The position numbers were made by a program, and so were the translations under genes. A stretch of DNA of 13,650 nt from Silvanigrellaceae bacterium. Its GTDB lineage: Bacteria; Bdellovibrionota_B; Oligoflexia; Silvanigrellales; Silvanigrellaceae. The DNA lies in contig JBMSQQ010000091.1 in assembly GCA_049423385.1 (NCBI GenBank), positions 1 to 13,650 of the forward strand. Direction: 5' to 3'. Positions 1 through 7,291 of the stretch are shown piece after piece (position 1 is the first letter of the stretch; each line of letters starts with the position of its first letter). Below the pieces are notes generated by a model. The model ran no database searches and was not told the DNA's origin. It worked only from the letters and a program-made list of their open reading frames with translations.

Positions 1-1067
1 CCAAAACGCATCGAGCCTGCGCGGTCGGCAATGAAATTGCGAAGGATTCCATTCTCAATCAGAAGCGTCGATTGCGCAGGCATACCCTCATCATCCATGT
101 CGGTTGAACCGAAGGCTCCATCCGTCACACCCTCATCCCAAGCTGTGAGACTTTCGTGTGCGATAGGCTTGCCCAGCGAGTCGGCGAACGGAGTGGACTT
201 GCGCTCAATTTGTGTCGTTTCCAACAAGTGCCCACACGCCTCATGAAAAATCACGCCACCAAAACGATTGGCCATCACGAGTGGATATTGCCCGGCAGAA
301 ACATAATCGGCGCGCAGCATCACGGCGGCAGACTGTGAAATTTCTTCAACCAGGGGTTCGAAATCGACTTGCTTGAGAAACGCTGGCTGGCCCGTGGATG
401 CGCGCTGGTCATGAAGCGATGAACGATCGTTGCCATCGGCGCAATTCACACCGGCGCGGGCCAACTGATGCAGACGAATGTCGCGAGCAAAGACACCATC
501 GGAAGCGGCCACCAGAACTTCCTGCCAATCACGAAATGCGGAGGTTTGCTCACTCTGAAGACTTGCCACTTTGCTGCGCAATTTAGCCGAAGCGTCAAGC
601 AGTCGGCTCGAGAGTTCGGCGACAGACGCGCATTGAGTCAACCAACCATCCTTGCTTTTGATTGCTGCAAAATCACGCAAAGGCTCGAGCTGAACATCGC
701 GCCCGAGCGACGACTGCATGCGAGAAGAAAGCCCCAACATCCCCAAGGCCTGGTCCATCGCCCAGCGCAATCCTGTTTGCGACAAATCATTGGTACTGAC
801 GTAAACATCCTGCGTTCCTTTGAAACAACGGACGCCCGCACCCAGAGAAAATGCCGGGGCCACGGCTGTCACTTTTCCATTCTCGGTCGTCACCCGAAGG
901 GTGTTTCTGCGCTCCAGAAAAACCTCGGCAAAATCCGCGCCAGAGCGTCGGGCATGACCCAACATGAGCGACAACAATGGCCTCCAGGCTTCACCAAATG
1001 GCCCCTCAAGCGGAGCTCCGAGATTCGAAAAACCTGCCTTAAAATCACGTTCCAACAGTGGTCGCAT
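1..1067 (-). CDS. tldD: TldD/PmbA family metalloprotease (TldD-type, catalytic subunit); 3' end runs off the left edge of the window
   Basis: Not in the ORF track (no stop codon inside the window). Manual translation of the minus strand from ATG at 1067 is open to position 1: MRPLLERDFKAGFSNLGAPLEGPFGEAW...GADFAEVFLERR...GAGVRCF...FGGVIFHEACGHLLETTQIERKSTPFAD...AWDEG...FGSTDMDDEGMPAQSTLLIENGILRNFIADR. It contains the TldD metal-binding HExxGH motif (HEACGH), the N-terminal GADFAE and the DDEG-x-P...LIENG motifs. An SD-like AAGGGGAG lies upstream on the minus strand. Confidence 0.93.
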   Translation of the reverse strand, partial: MRPLLERDFKAGFSNLGAPLEGPFGEAWRPLLSLMLGHARRSGADFAEVFLERRNTLRVTTENGKVTAVAPAFSLGAGVRCFKGTQDVYVSTNDLSQTGLRWAMDQALGMLGLSSRMQSSLGRDVQLEPLRDFAAIKSKDGWLTQCASVAELSSRLLDASAKLRSKVASLQSEQTSAFRDWQEVLVAASDGVFARDIRLHQLARAGVNCADGNDRSSLHDQRASTGQPAFLKQVDFEPLVEEISQSAAVMLRADYVSAGQYPLVMANRFGGVIFHEACGHLLETTQIERKSTPFADSLGKPIAHESLTAWDEGVTDGAFGSTDMDDEGMPAQSTLLIENGILRNFIADRAGSMRF

Positions 1068-1197
1068 GCGAATATCTCTCCCCTTGACACACACTCCTTG
1101 TTTCACAGGTTTCCTGTGATAGACAAAGAAGATCGTTTGTCATGCCTGAAGCGGCAAAGATGGCGCAATTTACGACTTGATACAAGGGAACTGGACC

Positions 1198-2976
1198 ATG
1201 AACTCTCTCAGGAGCCACAACTGCGGCGAACTCAACTCCTCCGCCATCGGCCAGACCGTTCGCTTGATGGGATTCGCTCACGCGGTGCGCAACCTGGGCG
1301 GCCTGCTGTTCATCGACCTGCGCGATCATCATGGCATCACCCAGGTGGTCATCCATCCCGAGCAATCCTTCTTTGCAGCAGCCAGCGAACTGAGATCCGA
1401 ATCGGTGATTGCGGTTCAAGGCAGCGTGCGCAAGCGAGAGTCGGTCAACAACAAAATTCCCACCGGCGAGATTGAAGTCATCTGTTCGCATTTTGAACTG
1501 GAATCTCCGTCCGACATTCTTCCCTTTCCGGTGGCGCACAACCCAAAAGAGGAAAGTGAAGACACGCGCCTCAAGTATCGATTTCTCGACCTGCGCACTG
1601 AAAAAATGCATCGGAACATTATTTTTCGGTCGCAATTTATCCACTTTTTGCGGAACAAAATGGTCGAACTCGGATTCATGGAATTTCAAACCCCGATCCT
1701 GACCAGCAGTTCACCCGAAGGTGCACGCGACTTTTTGGTTCCAAGCCGACTTCACCCTGGTCATTTCTATGCGCTGCCGCAGGCTCCACAGCAGTTCAAG
1801 CAGTTGCTGATGTGTTCTGGATTTGATCGCTACTTTCAAATCGCGCCTTGTTTTCGCGATGAAGATGCACGTGCAGACCGCAGCCCCGGCGAATTCTACC
1901 AACTTGACGTTGAAATGGCCTTTGCGACCCAGGAAGAAATCTTCACTGTGATCGAAAAACTGATGATCGACCTGTTCACCCGCTTTTCCGACAGGCCGAT
2001 CCTCGCCAACCCATTCCCACGGATTCCGTACAGGACGTCGCTTGAAACTTATGGTTCAGACAAGCCTGATTTGCGCTACGGACTGGAAATGAAGAACGTC
2101 GCCGAAGTCTTCCGTGGAACTTCGTTTGAAGTTTTCCAGAAGGTTCTCCAGTCACCCCGTGGAGTCTTGAGAGCAATTCGCATCCCGCAGGGAGCGGCGC
2201 AAAGCCGAAAGTTTTTTGACGATGCGCAGACGCAGGCAAGAACCTTTGGTTTGGGCGGTTTGCCATACCTGACCCTCAAGGACGGTGAATGGAAGGGGAG
2301 CCTTCTCAAGCAAACAACCGAAGCGGAACGTGCTCAACTGGCAACCACGCTGCAACTCGAAAATGGCGACGCAGCGGCATTCATTGTCGGTGATGACTCA
2401 AGAACGGTTCTGGGACTGGGTGGGAAAATGCGCTCGTGGATCGCAGACACCCTCAAAATCGAAAAGAAACATGGCTGGGCATTCTGTTGGATTGTGGACT
2501 TCCCGTTCTACGAATGGAACGAAGACGAACAAAAAATCGACTTTTGTCACAACCCCTTCAGCATGCCTCAAGGCGGACTGGATGCACTCAATTCGCAGGA
2601 CCCCCTCGAAATTCTCGCGTACCAATATGACATCGTCTGCAATGGGGTTGAGCTGTCGTCGGGTGCAATTCGCAACCATCGGCGCGACATCATGAAGCGG
2701 GCGTTTGAATTGGCGGGGTATACCGAAAACGACATTCAAACCCGCTTCCCTGCCCTGTGGAATGCCTTTTCCTACGGTCCTCCTCCCCATGGTGGCATCG
2801 CACCCGGTGTGGACCGCATGATCATGCTGTTGCTCGACGAGCCAAACATTCGACAGGTGATTGCTTTCCCCTTGAACCAGAAGGGCCAGGACCTGCTCAT
2901 GAATGCACCGTCGATCGTCAAGGAAAAGCAGTTGGCCGAGGCACACATCAGCATCCGGACTAGCACGTCAAAATAG
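1198..2976 (+). CDS. aspS: Aspartate--tRNA ligase (bacterial type, with OB-fold anticodon domain and GAD insert)
   Basis: RSHNCGEL N-terminus, FIDLRD, TGEIEV, LKYRFLDLR, TPIL..SSPEGARDFLVPSR, motif 2 YFQIAPCFRDED...EFYQLDVEM, YGSDKPDLR, motif 3 PPHGGIAPGVDR, VIAFP. Start reassigned from the track's TTG at 1177 to ATG at 1198, which has AAGGGAA at 1184-1190. Confidence 0.98.
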   Translation: MNSLRSHNCGELNSSAIGQTVRLMGFAHAVRNLGGLLFIDLRDHHGITQVVIHPEQSFFAAASELRSESVIAVQGSVRKRESVNNKIPTGEIEVICSHFELESPSDILPFPVAHNPKEESEDTRLKYRFLDLRTEKMHRNIIFRSQFIHFLRNKMVELGFMEFQTPILTSSSPEGARDFLVPSRLHPGHFYALPQAPQQFKQLLMCSGFDRYFQIAPCFRDEDARADRSPGEFYQLDVEMAFATQEEIFTVIEKLMIDLFTRFSDRPILANPFPRIPYRTSLETYGSDKPDLRYGLEMKNVAEVFRGTSFEVFQKVLQSPRGVLRAIRIPQGAAQSRKFFDDAQTQARTFGLGGLPYLTLKDGEWKGSLLKQTTEAERAQLATTLQLENGDAAAFIVGDDSRTVLGLGGKMRSWIADTLKIEKKHGWAFCWIVDFPFYEWNEDEQKIDFCHNPFSMPQGGLDALNSQDPLEILAYQYDIVCNGVELSSGAIRNHRRDIMKRAFELAGYTENDIQTRFPALWNAFSYGPPPHGGIAPGVDRMIMLLLDEPNIRQVIAFPLNQKGQDLLMNAPSIVKEKQLAEAHISIRTSTSK

Positions 2977-3049
2977 TTATGCCCCCGCTGCCGATGCGGG
3001 CTGAAACCGATTTACACTCATGGAGCAGACTCGAACGGAGGCCGCTCCA

Positions 3050-4168
3050 ATGACATCAGGACTTCGCAGGACACTTTGGTGTTTTGCTGCTCTCACCTCG
3101 ACGGTTGGAGCGACAAACAAGGCCAAGGCCGCCGCATGGTGGTACGAACAAGCAGAACGCTTGCAGAATGTAAGTGCTTCGCTGCTCGATGGTCCACCGA
3201 TTTCGGAACCCGTGCCCTACAGAAACTTTATTGCTGGCAGAATGCTCACCAGCGTGCTGCCCAAAGCCAGCGGTCGTGTCGGCGACAAGGATGAAAAAGT
3301 ACCCTCGGCGCCGGTTCATGCGGTGCCAACCTTCGTTGCTGGCATGCCACTCTATGCCTCCGGAAAATACTCACTCGTCGGCACAGGATGGGCAGGACTT
3401 CTCTATTTGCCAACATCGGTTGCGAAGCTGATGGGCATCAATGCCTCTCTCTCACAGTTTGCATTCGGTTTCAGTGGCGAAAACATGTATCGCCTCCCGA
3501 GCATGATTCTCACAACCAGCCTGGGCTTGCAGTATGCAAACGCAACCATCGATGGCGCCATTACTGCCGCTGAAGCCAAAGACAAATTCAATGCGGGTAC
3601 AACTCTCATCCACGTCAGCCAGGGTGTGCGTGCCCGCACCATGCCCCTGTGGGCGAACGCGATGCTGCTGATGCGCCGGGTCACATCCAAATTCGCCATC
3701 ACTCTTGAGCAAACAGAATTCATCAGAACAGACACGATGGCAGACGCCCAGGTGCCGTTTGCTACACAGCTCACCGTGGGGGCAACGTTCAATAAAAACA
3801 TTCATGTGGCATTGTCTGAGTATATTGTTCCCGACCGTTTGATCATGCCCCGGCTGAGTGTTGTTTACCAATACACTTTCGGGAACAAGACAACAGCTTC
3901 GTCCGCATCCGCAAAATCTGCTGCCGGAGAAGGTTCAAGCAGTGGCAGCGATGGCTCAACGTCGCAAAAACCAGCTTCTTCAGCTAAAAAAATCAAGCGT
4001 AAGAAATCATCTCCTGCTTCAACGTCTGCGCCAGAATCTCCTGCGTTTGAGACTCCCGATGCCTCCAAGGGAACGGCCGCACCTTCAACTGAATCCGGTG
4101 ACAAAACGAAAGCAATTGATCCTTCTGCTCAACCAAACACAACTCCAAGCGAGGGGACTGAGAAATGA
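3050..4168 (+). CDS. Hypothetical secreted protein; possible outer-membrane beta-barrel with a 95-aa low-complexity Ser/Ala/Pro/Thr/Lys C-terminal tail
   Basis: Long ORF co-oriented between aspS and the cytochrome gene. Preferred start is ATG 3050 (GGAGG at 3037-3041); the track start at 3020 is the alternative. The N-terminus looks like a signal peptide ending in AKA. Several amphipathic strand-like segments (SQFAFGFSGE, TTSLGLQYA, TQLTVGATF, IHVALSEY, PRLSVVYQYTF) precede the disordered tail. The barrel call is inference. Confidence 0.8.
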   Translation: MTSGLRRTLWCFAALTSTVGATNKAKAAAWWYEQAERLQNVSASLLDGPPISEPVPYRNFIAGRMLTSVLPKASGRVGDKDEKVPSAPVHAVPTFVAGMPLYASGKYSLVGTGWAGLLYLPTSVAKLMGINASLSQFAFGFSGENMYRLPSMILTTSLGLQYANATIDGAITAAEAKDKFNAGTTLIHVSQGVRARTMPLWANAMLLMRRVTSKFAITLEQTEFIRTDTMADAQVPFATQLTVGATFNKNIHVALSEYIVPDRLIMPRLSVVYQYTFGNKTTASSASAKSAAGEGSSSGSDGSTSQKPASSAKKIKRKKSSPASTSAPESPAFETPDASKGTAAPSTESGDKTKAIDPSAQPNTTPSEGTEK

Positions 4169-4830
4169 GAAGAAAACTTTCATTCCTGGCCATCGTCTGC
4201 GGATTCATTGCATTGTCTTTGTCTTCCTGCAGCGCATATGATTTGGGGTCAGCCGGAAACTATTACTATGACATCGGCGCCGACAACATCACCAATCCCA
4301 CCTGGGAGGGTGGAATCAGTGTCATCGTGGAAAAGAAATGCGCAACATGCCACACTGCGGCCAACCCTTGGTACAAACCCAAAAACGTCGACACCAACAC
4401 CAATGGTCCGAAACTTCAAAACATTGCCAGCAAGGAGTTTTGGAAAGAAGACACGATCATGTCACTGATCAAGAAATGTCTTGAGGCCACATGTGGAGTT
4501 GAAAATGTCCCCATGCCACCCAAATACGCCTCTCCGCTCAATCAAAATGAAAAAGATGCGCTGATCAATTTTACAAACAAGCTGATCCCAGCGGCGTCGG
4601 CTGGATTTTCTGCAAAATTTGCAGGATGCGAGGCATGTCATGCCACCAAGGGAGCAGGACAGGGCACGTTTCCAAAGCTCGCTGGCACTGCGCTCACGCT
4701 CGACGAGTTCAAAGCCGTCATTCGCGCTGGCAGAAAGGGCACAAAAGGTAATATGCCGGCATACACAACGACCGAATATTCCGATGCAGATTTGGCTTCA
4801 GATCATGCCGAACTCAAAAAGCTGCCCTGA
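4165..4830 (+). CDS. Diheme cytochrome c lipoprotein (two class I c-type domains, probably His/Met ligated)
   Basis: Lipoprotein signal MRRK-hydrophobic-LSSC. Two CxxCH motifs: CATCH (4339-4353) and CEACH (4627-4641). Each is followed by a candidate distal Met ligand (MPP and MPAY). The second domain has the typical G-x-G...FPKLAG segment. The start overlaps the upstream stop (ATGA). Confidence 0.9.
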   Translation: MRRKLSFLAIVCGFIALSLSSCSAYDLGSAGNYYYDIGADNITNPTWEGGISVIVEKKCATCHTAANPWYKPKNVDTNTNGPKLQNIASKEFWKEDTIMSLIKKCLEATCGVENVPMPPKYASPLNQNEKDALINFTNKLIPAASAGFSAKFAGCEACHATKGAGQGTFPKLAGTALTLDEFKAVIRAGRKGTKGNMPAYTTTEYSDADLASDHAELKKLP

Positions 4831-4844
4831 CACGAACAATTGCT

Positions 4845-4870
4845 GGATACGCAGCTCGACTGACGTATCT
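4845..4870. terminator. Hairpin between convergent genes; possible bidirectional terminator
   Basis: GATACG-CAG (4846-4854), loop CTCGA, then CTG-A-CGTATC (4860-4869), located in the 55-nt gap between the cytochrome stop and the fahA stop. There is no clear U-tract next to the stem. Confidence 0.4.
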
Positions 4871-4885
4871 TGAGCTCGAAAAAAC

Positions 4886-6172
4886 TCACCCCGCCGGCAG
4901 TATCTCCGTGCGCACTTCGCCAAAACCAACGCGCACGCCGTCTTTTTCACACCACCCGTTCATGATGACCGTGTCACCATCCTGCAGGAAGGTGCGGGTT
5001 GTTCCGTCGGGCAGTGAAATTGGTTTGGTGCCTTTCCAGCAAAGTTCGAGCATCGAACCATAGCTGTCGGGCGTCGGACCACTGATCGTGCCGGAGCCAT
5101 ACACGTCGCCAACATCTATGTTCGTGCCGTTGGATGCCATGTGTGCCAACTGTTGAGCCATGTTCCAATACATGTGCTTGAAATTGGTTCTGGAAATCCT
5201 GACAGGCTCGCTCATCTTTGCAGACTTCAACCAGACTTCCAGGTTGATGTCATAGGCCTGCGGCCCCTTGCTGCTGAGATAAGGCAACACAGGAACTGTT
5301 TGCTCCGGGCCCGCAACCCGAAAAGGTTGCAATGCATCCAACGTCACAACCCAGGGAGAAAGACTGGTGGCGAAAGTTTTTGCAAGGAAAGGTCCAAGTG
5401 GCACATATTCCCATCGCTGAATATCGCGCGCAGACCAATCGTTGAGCAGAGCCAATCCAAAAATATAATCGTCGGTGGCTTCTACCGGAATCGTCTCACC
5501 CAGCTGTGTCGAACGACCTGTGATGAAGGCCATCTCCAATTCAAAATCCAATTGACGCGTCGGTGCAAAGATCGGCGCGGGATCCGCATCGGCCTTCAAT
5601 TGTCCCATGGGTCGCTTGAATGGAGTGCCCGATGGAATAATCGAACTGCTGCGCCCATTGTATCCAATGGGTATATGCAGCCAATTGGGGAGCAATGGAT
5701 TTTGCGGATCACGAAACATGGCGCCCACATTCGACGCGTGCTCGCGGCTCGAATAAAAATCAACGTAATTTGAAACCTTGGTCGGCAGCAGCATTTTCGC
5801 ATCCGAAACCTTGACCAATGCGCGTGCATGAATGTCGGCTTTTTTCAGGAGCGAATCGTTTCCTTCAGTGAAGAGTTCTGCAACACGTGCGCGCAGAGAA
5901 CGCCAAACATCCGCTCCTGCAATCAACAAACCATTCAAGGAATTGCTGTGCAGCTGATCGCGGCTCAGACCGCGCACACTGGAAAGGAGACCAGCGTCAA
6001 ACAAGACCACCGTGTCGATGACAAACTCGCCCAAAGCAAGACCGACGCGAGGCGACGAGATTTCCTGCGTGGAAAAAATGCCGAACGGGAGATTCTGCAG
6101 GGAAAAATCAGAGCGCGAAGGAATTTGCAACCAAGACCTGGCGCTGTGGGGGATCGTTGAGAATGTGCTCAT
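4886..6172 (-). CDS. fahA: Fumarylacetoacetase (fumarylacetoacetate hydrolase; Tyr/Phe catabolism)
   Basis: DFSLQNLPFGIFS, YVDFYSSREHASNVG, NWLHIPIGYNGRSSS, LDFELEM, LNDWSARDIQRWEYVPLGPFLAK, GSGTISG, FLQDGDTV, VGFGE. The 428-aa length fits the long FAH class. Confidence 0.96.
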   Translation of the reverse strand: MSTFSTIPHSARSWLQIPSRSDFSLQNLPFGIFSTQEISSPRVGLALGEFVIDTVVLFDAGLLSSVRGLSRDQLHSNSLNGLLIAGADVWRSLRARVAELFTEGNDSLLKKADIHARALVKVSDAKMLLPTKVSNYVDFYSSREHASNVGAMFRDPQNPLLPNWLHIPIGYNGRSSSIIPSGTPFKRPMGQLKADADPAPIFAPTRQLDFELEMAFITGRSTQLGETIPVEATDDYIFGLALLNDWSARDIQRWEYVPLGPFLAKTFATSLSPWVVTLDALQPFRVAGPEQTVPVLPYLSSKGPQAYDINLEVWLKSAKMSEPVRISRTNFKHMYWNMAQQLAHMASNGTNIDVGDVYGSGTISGPTPDSYGSMLELCWKGTKPISLPDGTTRTFLQDGDTVIMNGWCEKDGVRVGFGEVRTEILPAG

Positions 6173-6185
6173 GTCTGTTCTTTCT

Positions 6186-7154
6186 TCAGTGAATAAGATT
6201 CAAATTTTTAAGGTCATCAATGGGCTCAAGAAAACTGCAGGAACCAAAGCTGCGCAAACCATCCGCACGAACACTGCGAATCTGCGCGATCGTTGCGGAG
6301 TATTTCTTCCATGCCAATCCATCGACAGTGAAAACAAATGCGGCGGGGTCTTTTTCCTCGAGCATGAGCCTGATTTCAGTTTCAGAAAGTTGGTGTGTCC
6401 AACCCAAAACCGCAGCAGAGAACACATTCAGGAAACCAAACACATCTGCTCCAACTGCAGAATCAAAGTGACGCATTGCGAGGTGCAGGCCAGCAGTCAA
6501 CTTGAAGGGAACGCGCTCAACTTGCGCCAATCGGAAAGCGCGTGCCAGATTTTCCGGATTCACGATTGCTGCCGGCGTAAGGCCACCTGTGCGGAATTTG
6601 AGGCCAGCTTCGCCTGGTCGAATCACGTTGGCCTGATGAGCGGCAAGTGCAATGTGTTCGAAGGACTTCGAAAGATTGACCTCCCAAAAGACCGGAACAT
6701 TGAAACCGCTTTCTTCAAACACCTTGCGTGCAGCCGCCAAAAACCCACGGGCAATCTCCTGGTCATGAGTGCAGAGAACCTCTTCAGGCAAAGGCAGTTC
6801 GCAGGAGTCCACCACCAACGCTTCAGGATGCGATTGAATCAATCCTCGCAAGAGCGCCAAGTCGGAGTGCAAAATTGAAAGGGCTTCATCGATGGACGCA
6901 GCCGATCGCATGAGCCCTGTCGCGTGCCAGGGTTTGTGTGTTGCTGCTGCCTCGGCCAATTGGGCTCTCGATAACTGGGCGAAATCGCCAATGCGGGCGG
7001 CCGGCAGAACGAATCTCGCGATGAGCCACTCAGCCGGGCTGGCAAGCCCCCTGGAAAATTCATTAATTGCATCATCCATAGGCAATTGGGCCGGTGGGAA
7101 GACTCCGGCGTAATCGAGCGATCGCAACAACAACGTCTTTAGCGCATCCACCAT
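6186..7154 (-). CDS. Conserved hypothetical protein co-transcribed with fahA (function unknown)
   Basis: 322-aa ORF with a strong RBS (AAGGAG) upstream; its stop lies 13 nt before the fahA start. Enzyme-like motif blocks: LDYAGVFPPA, LKFRTGG, PFKLTAGLH, GFLN, SFGSCSFLEP. Confidence 0.88.
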   Translation of the reverse strand: MVDALKTLLLRSLDYAGVFPPAQLPMDDAINEFSRGLASPAEWLIARFVLPAARIGDFAQLSRAQLAEAAATHKPWHATGLMRSAASIDEALSILHSDLALLRGLIQSHPEALVVDSCELPLPEEVLCTHDQEIARGFLAAARKVFEESGFNVPVFWEVNLSKSFEHIALAAHQANVIRPGEAGLKFRTGGLTPAAIVNPENLARAFRLAQVERVPFKLTAGLHLAMRHFDSAVGADVFGFLNVFSAAVLGWTHQLSETEIRLMLEEKDPAAFVFTVDGLAWKKYSATIAQIRSVRADGLRSFGSCSFLEPIDDLKNLNLIH

Positions 7155-7218
7155 CGGCTCCTTGTCTGGGTTTCGCTTTGTACCGCGTCACCCCGCTTCA
7201 TTCAAATGCCCGGGGCAA

Positions 7219-7246
7219 TTGCATATCAGGACACCGGTGGTACTCT
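7219..7246 (+). promoter_or_regulatory. Candidate sigma70 promoter for the ABC operon
   Basis: TTGCAT (7219-7224), a 16-nt spacer, then TACTCT (7241-7246) preceded by an extended -10 TG (7238-7239), about 45 nt upstream of ATG 7292. Confidence 0.35.
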
Positions 7247-7291
7247 CCGCCACGTCCGAACGGCGGACGTTCCGTACCAAGGAGACTTTGC

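Noticed and set aside
1103..1119. CRP-like site
   Set aside because: Half-sites are in the reverse order (TCACA-N7-TGTGA) relative to TGTGA-N6-TCACA; kept only as a generic palindrome.
468..1475. 335-aa plus-strand ORF
   Set aside because: It is antisense to tldD and overlaps aspS out of frame, with no recognisable motifs; a shadow ORF.
1045..1689. 214-aa minus-strand ORF
   Set aside because: Antisense shadow of aspS.
2984..3000. Small hairpin CCCGC-N7-GCGGG after aspS
   Set aside because: Only a 5-bp stem with no U-tract; not supportable as a terminator.
5141..6878. Plus-strand ORFs of 210, 110 and 288 aa
   Set aside because: Antisense shadows of fahA and its partner gene, with no motifs.
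7094..7291. Track's N-terminal extension of the binding protein
   Set aside because: It overlaps the divergent gene and would bury the signal peptide; ATG 7292 has a clear RBS.
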